Source: Eledone cirrhosa
Taxonomy: Eukaryota
Length of the DNA stretch: 64,000 nucleotides
Direction of reading: 5' to 3'
Assembly (NCBI GenBank): GCA_964016885.1
Contig: OZ024748.1
Location: 59,520,001-59,584,000, forward strand
The position numbers were made by a program, and so were the translations under genes. Below are positions 41,220 through 54,755 of this stretch, piece by piece. The first letter of the stretch is position 1. The number at the start of each line of letters is the position of its first letter. The notes below the pieces were generated by a model. That model made no database searches and was not told the DNA's origin. It saw only the letters and a program-made list of their open reading frames with translations.

Positions 41220-41290
41220 GTATATATATATATGTGTATATATATATGTATATATATATATGTGTATATATATATGTGTATATATATATG

Positions 41291-41341
<51 letters not shown>

Positions 41342-41398
41342 CATCATCATCTTACGTCCGCTTTTCCCTGTATGTATATGTATATATATATGTATACA

Positions 41399-41445
<47 letters not shown>

Positions 41446-42232
41446 TATAGAGAGAGAGAGAGATGGGAGACAAATGTGGATAGATAGCTAGATAAACAAA
41501 TGTATTGTTTAATTTCTACCTTGTAGTAGCTGTTTGTAATTGTTAAATACAGTATAATATCTATTAAAACATTTAAAACATATTTCACAATGACAAATAT
41601 CATGTATGAGTTAACAAACTGCTAATTAAATAATTAATGAAGAATTCCAAAGGAAGTTTGGATCTGAATCTGTACAAACACTTGAGAAACAGGGAGAAAA
41701 CATTGCTTAGAATAAAGGTGTTTTATTTCGTATTTTATTATATTTTAATTACATCTAATAACTTCATAAATAATTCTTACTAACAAATTTTGTTGGTTAA
41801 ATTATTCTGTTGAGGAGATATTTTTAACTCATTATAATGTTTTACAAGAATAATTTACATGGATGTTAGTGAAAGTGTGAGGTGTTGTGGTTAGGGTGTT
41901 TGGTTGTTTGTGATTGTAAGGCCTTGAGTTCAATTTACAGCAATGCTTTGCGAAAGGCACTTTGCTCCTGTTTACTTGGCTTGGCAAAAATGTGATTCAA
42001 ATGTACATGTGATCCAAATGACCAGCCTTGTTATACACTGTGCCAAACTGAATCTTCCTGAGAACTACGTTAAAGGTGCACATGTCTATGGAATGCTCAG
42101 CCACCTTTACATTGAGTTCTCAAGCAGTCTGTTCCATTAATACGATGGAACACACATTGTTGAGGTCCAAACAATAACATATATGTTAAACAGAAATAAT
42201 GAAATGAAGGAATTTATGATGGTGTATAGTAA

Positions 42233-42750
42233 CGGAAGATGATGTGGTCGAGAAGTAGAGCAAAGCCTGGGTGGTGTGCCACAGCTTGAGAATGGTGTGG
42301 AAGTTGGACCTTCGTAAAGACCTGAAAATCCGCCTCTTCATTGCTCTAGTGGAGTCTGTGCTGCTGTACGGGTTTGAGACTTGGACACTGACCAAGAAAC
42401 TCACTCAGATGGTGGATGAGTGCTTCACGAGAATGCTGAGGATGGCTCTGAACATTAATCAGTATACACTGAGGATGAAAAACTCAGAGCTGTACGGGAG
42501 CCTCCCAAAAGTCAGCTCAAAAGTGACACAGAGGAGACTGAGGTTAGCTGGACATGCTCACCGACATCCAGAGTTGACATTGCACTTAGTGCTCCTGTGG
42601 GAGCCCCTACATGGACACACTGGAAGAGGAAGACCAAGGTTAACGTATGTTGATGCCCTAAGGACAGACACTGGTCTGTTAGAGATGCAGGACATGGCAG
42701 CGATAATGAGGGACAAAGACCGCTGGAGAGAACTCGTCCATGGATCTTAG
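42233..42750 (+). mobile_element. RTE-clade LINE, C-terminal ORF fragment
   Basis: KIRLFIALVESVLLYGFETWTL...RRLRLAGH..R...GRGRPRLTYVD...DRWR. Confidence 0.85.
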
Positions 42751-42889
42751 GAATTTTACCCACCCTAGATAGTAACAGACTTTGGGTTCTGTTAACCGCT
42801 CTATGAAATTGTTCAAATTTAAATTTAAATCTTGGTGTGAAACTACATTTATTACATACTAAATATTACATTTCTTCTTCCTCTACTTC

Positions 42890-43210
42890 TTCCACTTATT
42901 CTTGAGAGTATTGTAGGAGAAGAGTCCTCAAACACTTGTTTCTGTGGGTTCTGTCAGAAGCAACTATCTCCAATTGATTCGGCTGGATCCCCAAGTGAAA
43001 CCAGCATCTACCCCTGGGTGTCCTGTCAGTTGGTTTTGCCTGTAAAACCTGTCCAGCAATTCTTTCCTGAGACATTCTAACCACATGCCCATAATATCAG
43101 AGCTGTGATCTCTCAAATTCAGAGATGTAGCAGCTCTATCTGGAATGACTCTCTGATTTCTGAGCTACAAACTCTATCGAGTAACGTTACTCCAAAAACC
43201 CTTCAGAGGA
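42890..43210 (-). mobile_element. Degenerate RTE-clade LINE 3' fragment
   Basis: GHVVRMSQERIAGQVLQAKPTDRTPRGR motif; gaagaa-type tail. Confidence 0.55.
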
Positions 43211-44392
43211 ACCCCATTAGATTTCAATAGTTAAATATTTGTCCTACTTTGCCTTTCATCCTTACGGGGTCGATAAAATAAAGTACCAGTAATGTACTGG
43301 GTAATTGCTGGCCTTGTGCCTAAAGTAGAAACAATTATTAAGTTGAAAGATAATCTCAGTTAATCTCTCATCGTTCCTGACTATTTTAATAATTTATAAA
43401 TAAAGGCAGCTTCTTCTTGATAGGGATGGAGTAAAAAAAGGGTTGTTTGAGAAATTACAACTATCTTTATCATCGTTTAACATCTGCTTTCCTTGCAAGG
43501 GTTAGATGGGTTTACATAGAGCAAATCAGTACTGAAGCAGGGCTACTAACACCACGAACAGGCTGGTGGTGGTGGTGAGGTGGGTTGCATCTTGCTTACA
43601 TATGGTTTCACATGCTACCAAGTGCCCAGGAGTGTCTTTCATGTCTTTTACACAATTGAAGGGTCCTCCCAACCCTTTGATTGGTAAGCTTTCTAAGACT
43701 GGATGCCCTTCCAATCATCAACCACTTTACAGTGTGTACTGGGTGTGATTATTGTGTAGACCACCAACACTAGGGAGGCTGTCTTGTCCCTGACACAACA
43801 AGCTTTTAATTTTTAATGGTATTCCATCATATATACTGAATATCTGATGACAGTTTTTAAATAAAATGAAGTGTCTTGTTTAAGAACACAATGTACTGGC
43901 AGTTCTGATAACATAGCTGTCATGAGCTTAACTTTCTAACCACAAATCTACAAACATTTCTTCTCACTATCTCTCTCGCACCACCTCTACAACTTTCGCT
44001 CTCCTCTTACTCACACTATCTCTTTCTCCCAACACCTCTACAACATTGTCTCTCTCCTCTTACTCTTACTCACACTATCTCTCTCCCACCACCTCTACAA
44101 ATCTCTACAACCTTGTCTCTCTCCCTCCACTTCTACAAATCGTGTCTATCTCCTCTTACTCCTACTCATAATATCTCTCTCCCACCACCTCTACAAATCT
44201 CTAAACCCTTCTACAGCTCTCCTGCCCCTCCCCTCTCTCTCTATATATATATTTACATGCCTCAGTCTCTCTATTAACCTGTTATTTGTCAATAATTTAT
44301 GTTGTTTAAATAGTCTCTCCCTTTCAGCTCTCTCTTAAGATTAACACCTTTATGATTCCAGTTGTAGGATTCAATATATGATGTATGTGTAT

Positions 44393-44432
<40 letters not shown>

Positions 44433-44759
44433 TAGGGTGTGGTAAAAACCAGCTAGACAATAACCAACCAGAGTACTTGATACTTGGGGTAGTAGAGTGG
44501 GTAGTATGAAAAAATTCAGGACCCCGACGGCTGAGCTCCGGCCATTTCGAGAGCTAGATCCGAACTCTAGCTGTTGAGACAGCCAGAGCTCAGCCATCGG
44601 GGTCCTGAATCTTTTCATATATATATATATATATATATTTTTGCATGTGTGTATATATATATATAGAGAGAGATATATGTATGTGTGTGTAATGTGACTA
44701 AGTGTGTTTCCATGTGAGTCTTGATCTCCTTCTCTCTCATAATATATATATTCTATATA

Positions 44760-45475
44760 TACATATATATATATATATATAACTGTATATATATATATAT
44801 ATAACTGTATATATATATATATATATATAACTGTATATATATATATATATATATAACTGTATATATATATATATATATATAACTGTATATATATATATAT
44901 ATAACTGTATATATATATATATATATAACTGTATATATATATATATATAACTGTATATATATATATATATATATAACTGTATATATATATATATAACTGT
45001 ATATATATATATATATATATATAACTGTATATATATATATATATATATATAACTGTATATATATATATATATATATAACTGTATATATATATATATATAT
45101 ATATAACTGTATATATATATATAACTATATATAACTGTATATATATATATAACTATATATAACTATATATATATATATAACTATATATATATATATAACT
45201 ATATATATATATATATATATATATAACTGTATATATATATAACTGTATATATATATATATATATATAACTGTATATATATATAACTGTATATATATATAA
45301 CTGTATATATAACTGTATATATATATAACTGTATATATATATATATATATATAACTGTATATATATATATATATATATAACTGTATATATATATATATAT
45401 ATAACTGTATATATATATATATATATAACTGTATATATATATATATATATAACTGTATATATATATATATAACTG

Positions 45476-45507
<32 letters not shown>

Positions 45508-45512
45508 ACTGA

Positions 45513-45545
<33 letters not shown>

Positions 45546-45549
45546 ACTG

Positions 45550-45581
<32 letters not shown>

Positions 45582-45602
45582 TAACTGTATATATATATAT
45601 AA

Positions 45603-45633
<31 letters not shown>

Positions 45634-45676
45634 ACTGTATATATATATATATATATAACTGTATATATATATATAA

Positions 45677-45707
<31 letters not shown>

Positions 45708-45830
45708 ACTGTATATATATATATAACTGTATATCATCATCATCATCATCATCGTTTAAGTCCATCTTCCACGCTTGCATGGGTTTGGACGGGAAGTTTC
45801 CCACTTGAGGCAAGATTTGTTGTCTTGCTC

Positions 45831-45862
<32 letters not shown>

Positions 45863-45865
45863 CTG

Positions 45866-45909
<44 letters not shown>

Positions 45910-45930
45910 ACTGCATATACATATATATAT
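44760..45930. repeat. (TA)n array punctuated by ACTG
   Basis: Dozens of ataactgtatatata units. Confidence 0.9.
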
Positions 45931-46017
45931 ATTCACGTTATTCCGGGTTGAATCGGAGGTAACCACAGTAAGTAAGGTACTCAATACATTGCAGAGTATA
46001 AAAGTTTTAATATAGAT

Positions 46018-46070
46018 GAGATTCTACAGGAGTAGAACTGTTTCATTCTTTAGAAATCATCAGGAATCTC
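46018..46070 (-). ncRNA. Type I hammerhead ribozyme motif (family B, minus arm of a palindrome)
   Basis: Exact reverse complement of 46074-46126. Confidence 0.75.
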
Positions 46071-46073
46071 TCA

Positions 46074-46126
46074 GAGATTCCTGATGATTTCTAAAGAATG
46101 AAACAGTTCTACTCCTGTAGAATCTC
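46074..46126 (+). ncRNA. Type I hammerhead ribozyme motif (family B)
   Basis: gagattc-CTGATGA-tttctaaagaat-GAAA-cag-ttctactc-ctg-TA-gaatctc; 7-bp stem I; GUA triplet. Confidence 0.75.
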
Positions 46127-46394
46127 ATCTATATTAAAACTATATATATATTTATATATATACACATATATATATATATATATACACATATATATATTTA
46201 TATATATATAGTAATAATAATAAATGTGAAGACTAAATATATATATATATATAACTGTATATATGTGTGTACATATATATATATATATATCTGTGTGTAT
46301 GTGAGTGGATGTGTAGGCGGGTGATTGTATTTATGTATGAATATGTGATTATAAGACAGTAAACACTTGCATATATATATATATAAATAAATAA

Positions 46395-46433
<39 letters not shown>

Positions 46434-46564
46434 CATGAAACCCCAAAATATCTTTAATAAGGATTTATTTAAATTTATAAGAAAATCAATTTACAGAAAA
46501 TATGTGAAAAATGTAAATTTATAAAGATTTTTAAGGTTACTTAATAATATACACACACATCTAT

Positions 46565-46597
<33 letters not shown>

Positions 46598-49500
46598 TAT
46601 ATGTGTGTGTGTTTGTGTATACCTCTGTGTGTATGCTTGTGTGTAGATATGTGTGTGCATATACATGTGTGTATTTATATGCTTGTGTGTGTGTAGATAT
46701 ATGCATGTGAAGACATGAGTGTATATATATGTGTATGTTTGTGTATAGATATATATGTATAGCTTTGTGTATATATATATGTATATGTTTGTGTGTATAT
46801 ATATATGTGTATGTGTGTGTAGATATATGAATGGTTGTGTGTGTATATATATATATGTATATGTTTGGGTATATATATATGTATATATATATATATGTAT
46901 ATGTTTGTGTATATATATATATGTATGTGTTTGTGTATATATGTATGTGTTTGTGTATATATATGTGTGTGTGTGTGTGTATATATGTGTGTGTGTGTGT
47001 GTAGATATATGTATTGCAAGCAGGAAAAAACAGATGAAGAATGATGATGCTATATATAGCTGTACATTGAAGACATGAAAAAGAGTGATTTGTTAGTGTG
47101 TACACAATTATATAAAAAGAAAACACATGTGTGTATATAAATATACACACACGTGTATATACACATGGATGCATGAGTGTAACAATTATCAGTGCGATAG
47201 AGTAGTGTAGTTGTATATATCCATACAAAAACATGCTCACAAACACACACACACACATAAATATAAATATACATACATATATACACATGCACTTGAATAA
47301 ACAAACACACATACATGTGTTAATGTCTTTATACGGGCAATGATTATTATGTATATAAATTTATACACACACTCACTCATATATATATATATATATTTAT
47401 ATACATATACACATATACATACATACATATCACATATATATATATATACATATAACACACACACACGTGTACCTATGCATACATACATATCACATATATA
47501 ACACACAGACACACATATATATACATGTATACATTCATATATATATACACATACACATATTCATATCACTATATATATATATATATATATACATATCACA
47601 CGCATATATATATATTTCTAGATGCAATTTTTTCCTACTTCAAAGTATTTATTTATATTCAGATTCCATTTATATTTGCTTGTTTTCTCAATAATTCTTA
47701 TAAAGCTTCTTCTCTGTGATTCGATAATTATGATTAATATATGTTCAATATATGTTCAATAAGAATTCCAACATTAATAGGCTCAGGTTTGAGGTTTACT
47801 GTAGTTTTTTTTTTGTCTGTTTCTTGTTGTTTTTATCATATGGTAAACTGGTTTGCTATTGTTGTTGTTAATGTTGCTGTTGTTTGTGTTATTGTTGGTG
47901 TTGTTTGTGCTATTGTTGTTATTGTTGCTGTTGTTTGTGTTGTTGTTGGTTTAAAAGTAGAAAAACTGAGGAATAAGCATTAATACATCTTATATATAGA
48001 GCTGACTATTGCTTCATTAATGTTTCATGTTGTGTGTTGGCTTCAGGGATGGTGGTGGGGTGAGACGGGGTAGTAGAGGGAGTGGAAAGGGAGGAGTAGT
48101 AGAGTGAGAAGAAGGGGTGAGAGAGAGGAAGGAGTAGGAAGAAGGTGAGGGACAGGGGGAGGTGAAAGAAAGAAATCATTAATATATACAAAACTCTCTC
48201 TCTGTATATATATATAGCCAAATACAATATAAATAAAGGGGAGACACACATACATACATGCCTGTGATGTGCATGTATATATATGAATAAATGCAAATAT
48301 CTCTTTCTCTCTGTGTATATATAAATATGAGCATGTCTATATATATATATGCGCACATACATTTTTATATATATATGTTTGTGATGAGCATATATATATA
48401 TATATATGCATACACATTTTTATTTATATATATATATATATTAGCTGTCGAAACGGCCAGAGCTCTGCCGTCGGGGTCCTGACTCTTTTCCTATATATGT
48501 GTGTGTGTGCCCCGTTTTCATATCCTTAACCACTATTTCAGCCATATAGTCTCTCTCCTTGATGTATAGCTTCACTTCTATCAACCTGATATTGCTTTTG
48601 CACATCTACCATTCTTCTATTCTTCCCAATCTTGTTCCCTTGCTTTATACAGCACTATTTCATTACCATATCACCTTTCACCTAGATTGAACCTTTCTGT
48701 CCACAGACCTACTATGTGGCTCACAGCAGGTTCTCTTGTAGAAATTTTCAGCTGTTTTCTGTGTTTATAATTCTTTACCTTCTCAAATACCTCGTACTTG
48801 TTTGAATCAACATATGGCTGAGAGATCTTTTAGTTTCCATACTTTCCTTCTCCAGATTTATTTGTCTTTGAGTCTGAATACACCAATCATGGGAAAACGG
48901 CAGCCTGTTTAGCTTTCTGAATAAGATGCGCACCAAAACTTACCTTAACCTTTTAGCATTTATACCGGCCATATCCAGCCAGAATTTTCTCACCTCTTTC
49001 TGTTCAAACCGACTGTAACTGGCCACTCATATGGATGTTAAGGTATTATTCTCAAAATAAATATCATCAAAATCTTGTAGATTCAATATTATGTGAGATA
49101 ATCATGTGAGGTAAAGCCTTTACTATGAAAAAACAATAGTAAATATAGAGTAATGTAAATGTTAAAGGGTTAAATTTATTTAGTAGCGCAGCTCATTTTA
49201 TGATAAACCATATCTCATGAGGTCCTCTGCTCATAAAATGCTGTCCATTCTTGGTCTAGGTTTTTCTCTGGTGTTACAATTCACTAGTATATGTTGAGTA
49301 GTATATTCTTCACAAGAGAAACACTTAGTATTTACAAGCATTTATCTATTCTATTCCATTTTCTGGTGCATATGAAGGCAATCTAGCATTTGTGTTTACC
49401 TGAGTGAAGGGTGATCAGGTAACTGGCTGATTTCCTGGTGTTAGTGTCACAAATGAGGATGCACTCAGAACACAAAGAGTACCCCGTCTGACACCACAAA

Positions 49501-50426
49501 GTACCCTGTCTGATACGCACCAACAACTCTGCCAATCCACCATCTTGGACTTGTACCTTATTTTATGAAGCCCACCCCCTAAAAGAAAAAAAGAAATACA
49601 AAGCTTATCCTCGTGGGACACCACAACTCAGAACACCACAAGGTACTCTGTTTGACACACCAACAATTCCACAAATCCACTACTTTGGACTTGTATCTTA
49701 TTTTATCAAACCCATTGAAATGATAAGGATGAAATATAAAGCTAACCCAAGTGGGATCAGATTTCAGAACACAAAGAGTTGAAATAAACACCACAAGGTA
49801 TCCTGTTTAACACACTGACAATTCTAGCAAACCACCATCTTCAACTTGTACCTTATTTTATCACCCACCCATCCCCGGAAATGATAAATGAAATATAAAG
49901 TTGACCCTGGTCAGATAACCGGATCAAACACCACAAGGCATTTCTATACAAATGAAGAAATACTGACAAAATATTCACATTGTTATAACAATTTTATATT
50001 TTATCTAATAATAATAATAATGGTGAAGTTTTATTTCATTTTCAGGAAAAAAACCCCATCAAATTATAAATAAATGTCAAACAAAAAAACAAAATGAAAA
50101 AAACAAACATGAAAATATTTTTGTTAATTTGTGATAAAACAATTAACCAACAATTTGATCTTGATTAATATTATTGCTATTATTATTGATAATATTATTA
50201 TTATTAATATTATCAATAATTCTATTTCCCCCAAAAAATTCAATGGTGAAACCAATATATTTAATCTAAGGAATGAAAACTTTAATATCAAATGTTCGAG
50301 CCAGTGTTTGAAATTAGAATTTAGGAATGTAGAACTTCAAAAGATGCCATAATTGAGCAGGATTTAATCCATTTAGTGTCTAGCACCACACTAGCTCCAG
50401 CAGACGTGATACCAACTTTACTAGGA

Positions 50427-50456
50427 TCATCGGAATTCTTCGGCTGAAAACATCCC
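50427..50456 (-). CDS. ATP6V1F: ATP6V1F exon 5 (GMFSAEEFR*)
   Basis: Pyrimidine tract + tag acceptor; TGA at 50429-50427. Confidence 0.93.
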   Translation of the reverse strand, partial: GMFSAEEFR

Positions 50457-53400
50457 CTAGAAGAAAGAAAGAAAACAAACCAGCTTAAAAATGAGAACTA
50501 GGTATTGTATGTGCGGCCCTGCAGCTCTTGATAGTCTTAACCCATTAGCATTTAAACCGGCCAGAATTCTCTCACCTCTTTCTATTCAAACTGGCTATAA
50601 CTGGCTGCTCATACTGATGTTAAGGTATTGTTCTCAAAATAAATAATATCAAAATCTCGTAGATTCCATATCATGAGATAATTATGTAAAATAAAGTGTT
50701 TACTGTGAAAATATAATAGTAAATATAGGGTAATGTAAATGTTAAAGGGTGAAAGGTGCCATAGTAACATATAGATATGTGACTGGTATGGATGATGGTC
50801 ATTGGTGGGTGAAGAACAGTTCCAAGTGGAAGGAAAGTACAGAAGAAGAAGACTGAGGAAACTTAAACTTCAAAGAAGTGATGAAAGAATGCAGCAAGGG
50901 GTGCCAGAGAAGATCCCATCCAACCCATACAAGCATGGAAAAGCAGATGAGAAAATTATACCCTATTTGAAATGCGGTATTTGGTGGCCTATTAGTAAAT
51001 GGTGAAGGGTTAAAGAACCACCACCCACCAAAAACCAAGAGTCATACACATGAATCTGTGGTGAAAGACCCAAAGTTCAGTCAGACATTCTACACCCACT
51101 ACCTGAAATTTATCTCTCAGTCTAATTATCTGTCAAGTTTAACAATAAACAAGAGAGATTTATGTCACTATATAGATAAAGCAATAAATCTACCATAGCA
51201 AGATTTAATAAACCATCTTACCTTGGCTCTTCTAAGAATGGAATCTTTACTGGGATCATATGGGTGGTCTTTGCTTGGAATCTCTAGAACTGCAGGAATT
51301 GGTAAACTGTGCGAATCAATAGCATGGCGGATCAACTCAGCAATCTAGACAGAAAAATAGAATTTAACCAAAAATTAGATACAAATAAACATAAGTGTTT
51401 CAAGGCCCTTTACTCCCCAACCAAAGTAGGGTTTAACCTTGCAGACCCTCCCACAACAGGCAATGTTTTACAGCCATTTTAGTCCTCTCTGACCACATGC
51501 AGGGATGCAGTGTCATCATGATTATCGTTTAACGTCTATCTTCCACACTAGCATGAGTTAGACGGGAATTGTCCCACTTGAGGCAAGATTGGTCGGGTGA
51601 CCGTTTTCGCTCATATAGGACTATCTGGCAGGTTTTCTACAGCTGGATGCCCTTCCTAACACTAACCACATTTACAGTGTGGACTGGGAGCTTTTTACCG
51701 TGTTACCTATACGGCCACATTATAGCGTGGACTGTGTTTTTTTGTTGTGACACCACAACCTCATTAGTTTGGACTGGATGTTGTGGTACCAACATAACTT
51801 TACAGAGAAAGGGTGTAGCTACTCTAATTAAATATGTTATGAAAAGAAATAATCTGTAGATTAAATACAATACAAGTGTTTTAAGGAAGTTTTCCCCTAA
51901 GTAGTAGACAGTATATTATTATTGGTGACTACATGGTGACTATAAACTGAATATATGGCCACGCATTGAAACAGCTTAGAGGAAACACTTGTAATAAACT
52001 GGGTAATGAATTAAATCTAACACCACCATCTAGCTACCCTCAGCTACCTTTAACAGTGTATTTAGTGTATTTATCTGTTGCAAGTATTTAGGCCTGGTCT
52101 TAGGTCTTAGAATAATTTCCCCACTTCCTTCCACTAGTCCTGGAGGCCCAGAAATAGGTCCTGGCTGGTGCCCTTCCTCTTCTAACGAATCCATAAAAAA
52201 GAAATAATTATGAACTAAAAATATCAGGGTTTTTTTTTATTTTTGAGTACAAATTTATCAGCAAAACTTGTGAATTTGATCAGTTATAAAAGACCAAAAG
52301 AAAAAGATAAAAAACCCCACTTACATTTTGGTTTATCAGAATAATCGCTATGTCTGGACGCAGTAATAATGCACGGAAGAACTCTTCAATTTCACTGATG
52401 CTGGTATCTAAGAAATAGAATGAAAGTTTCATTAGGATGATTCTAAAAATAGTTATGGAAATCACTATTACAACTAATTTTATTATCAAGTTTTCAAGAT
52501 CCACTGTGGCAGATTAAATGATTTTTGGTATTTGTTCCTGCACTTTGTGCTCTAAGTTCCCTGCCCCCACTGATCGACTTTGCCGTTCATTTTTACGAGG
52601 TTGATAAAAAAATATTAGTCCAGGGAGAGTAGATTGGTAGAATTTTTAGAGCAGTGCACGAGAGGCGTTATGCACCCAGTCTACTCTGTAAGGTGGTAGT
52701 GCCAGAGTCCCAATAAAATGCTCCCAGTCCATCCTGTAAGGTGGTAGTGCTGGAGTCATGATAAAATGTTTTTAGTATGTGCCTTAAAGTGGTTGGTGGT
52801 TAGCAAGTGCATCAAACTGTAGAAACTATGCTCCCAGTACATGCTGTAAAGTGGTTGGCATTAGGATGAGCATCCAGCTGTAGAAACCAAACCAAAACAG
52901 AGCGTATGAGCAGGATGTGGACATCTGACTGGTCTGGCCTCAACACACCACAACTTATCTAACCCATGAAAGCATGAAAAATAGACGTTAAATGGTAATA
53001 ATAAGAAGTTCAAATTCCAGTCTGTCTATCTCACACACGGTCAGTATAGACAGACAGCCTTAAAACCAGCATAGTTTGCTCAGAATTCATCTTGCAGTGG
53101 ATCAAGACTGGCTGAGTAGAAATATTTATTATATATACTCAAATATAAGTTGATCGGAATATAAGCCAACCCCCATGTTTGAGAAACAGGCAAAAAAAAC
53201 CTGTTTATAAACCGAGGCAGCTGATCAACACATTATATATAGATGGTGAATATAAGCTGAGCCCCACCATTTTACTATCAATTTTTTTTATGGGGTCACA
53301 TATTCCTTGGCTTATATTCAAGTATATACAGTATCATTTCATTCTGGATATTAAAAGAAAAACACATAAAAAATAAATACATAAATAAATAGTTACTTTT

Positions 53401-54718
53401 ATTCACAACCAGAAAGTTTTGTTGTCTGTTCTTGTTAAGTTCTCCAATCCCTCCAAGGAGGAAACCAACACATGTGTCCTGGTAATATGGAAAGAATTGA
53501 AATATTAGAATCATTTTTAATGGTTTCAAAATAGGATATAGGGAACCAGAATGAATAACTAACCAAGCAGAACGAGAGTGAGGGGGGGGGGGGAGGGGGT
53601 AGGAGTGAGAGAAAGAGAGAGTCAAGTGATAGTAATAGAGAGGGAGGGGAAAGAGATAGATAAGTAATAGCTATAGGTTGACCATGGTCTAGTTATTCTC
53701 AGTTCAAATCCTGTTGGTATCAAGTCATCATTACTACTACTATTACAACTACTACTAGCAACAAGACCACCACCTTTACTATTACTTCTAACAACAATAC
53801 ATCTACTATCACCACCACTTCTACAACTACTTTAGCAATACTACTACTAATACTACTACTGTTATTACTACTACTATTACTGCTACTACATCAGAAAAAT
53901 AATAATTGTTTCTACTTTTGGCACAAGGCCAGCAATTACCCAGTGCATTACTGGTACTTTATTTTATCGACCCCGTAAGGATGAAAGGCAAAGTTAACCT
54001 CGGCGGGATTTGAACTCAGAATGGCAAGGGCCGTAACTCTATACGTCAAAGCATGGCGTCCGACCCTCTACCGATACTGCCAATAATAATATAAACAAAC
54101 AAGGTTTGTGTTCTTAGAAATGGACTGAGAAGAGAGACATAAGTCTAAAGAGGATAGAATGGGGAAGATTGAACAGTGAAAAGACAAGCATTATTATTGA
54201 GATGTTTCAAAGAGATATTAGCAAATACAGCTGGATAGTTTCTGGTCTTATTGTTTAGTTGAATACCAGAGAGACATGTTGTGATCACTTCATGGGTAGA
54301 TGGTAAAGAATTGTACAGTGTCCCAGAGAATAGTAGTTTGGTAGCGATGGCTGGTGGGTAAGGGGCATTGAAAGGGTTGTGTAGTACGGGGTGGGGTGGG
54401 GAGAGTGGGAAAATAGAGAAAATGAAAAGCAGTGAGAGTGAAAGTTAAAGAGAAATAAAGAGAGAGAGAGCAAGATAGAAATAGATAAAATGTTAAAGAG
54501 AGACAGAAAGAAAGACAAACAAACAGAAAGTTAGAGACGGAGAGACATGCAAACAAACCGATAGGTAGTTAAACACACAGACACACACACACACATATGC
54601 ATACATACACATATATATATACATATATATGAATAGACACATGTATATATATAGATGCATATACACACACACACATATGCATACACACACATATAAATAT
54701 ACATATATATGAATAGAC

Positions 54719-54755
<37 letters not shown>

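Larger units (their letters stand above)
46003..46141. repeat. Perfect palindrome, 68-bp arms with a 3-nt spacer
   Basis: 46003-46070 is the reverse complement of 46074-46141. Confidence 0.9.
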
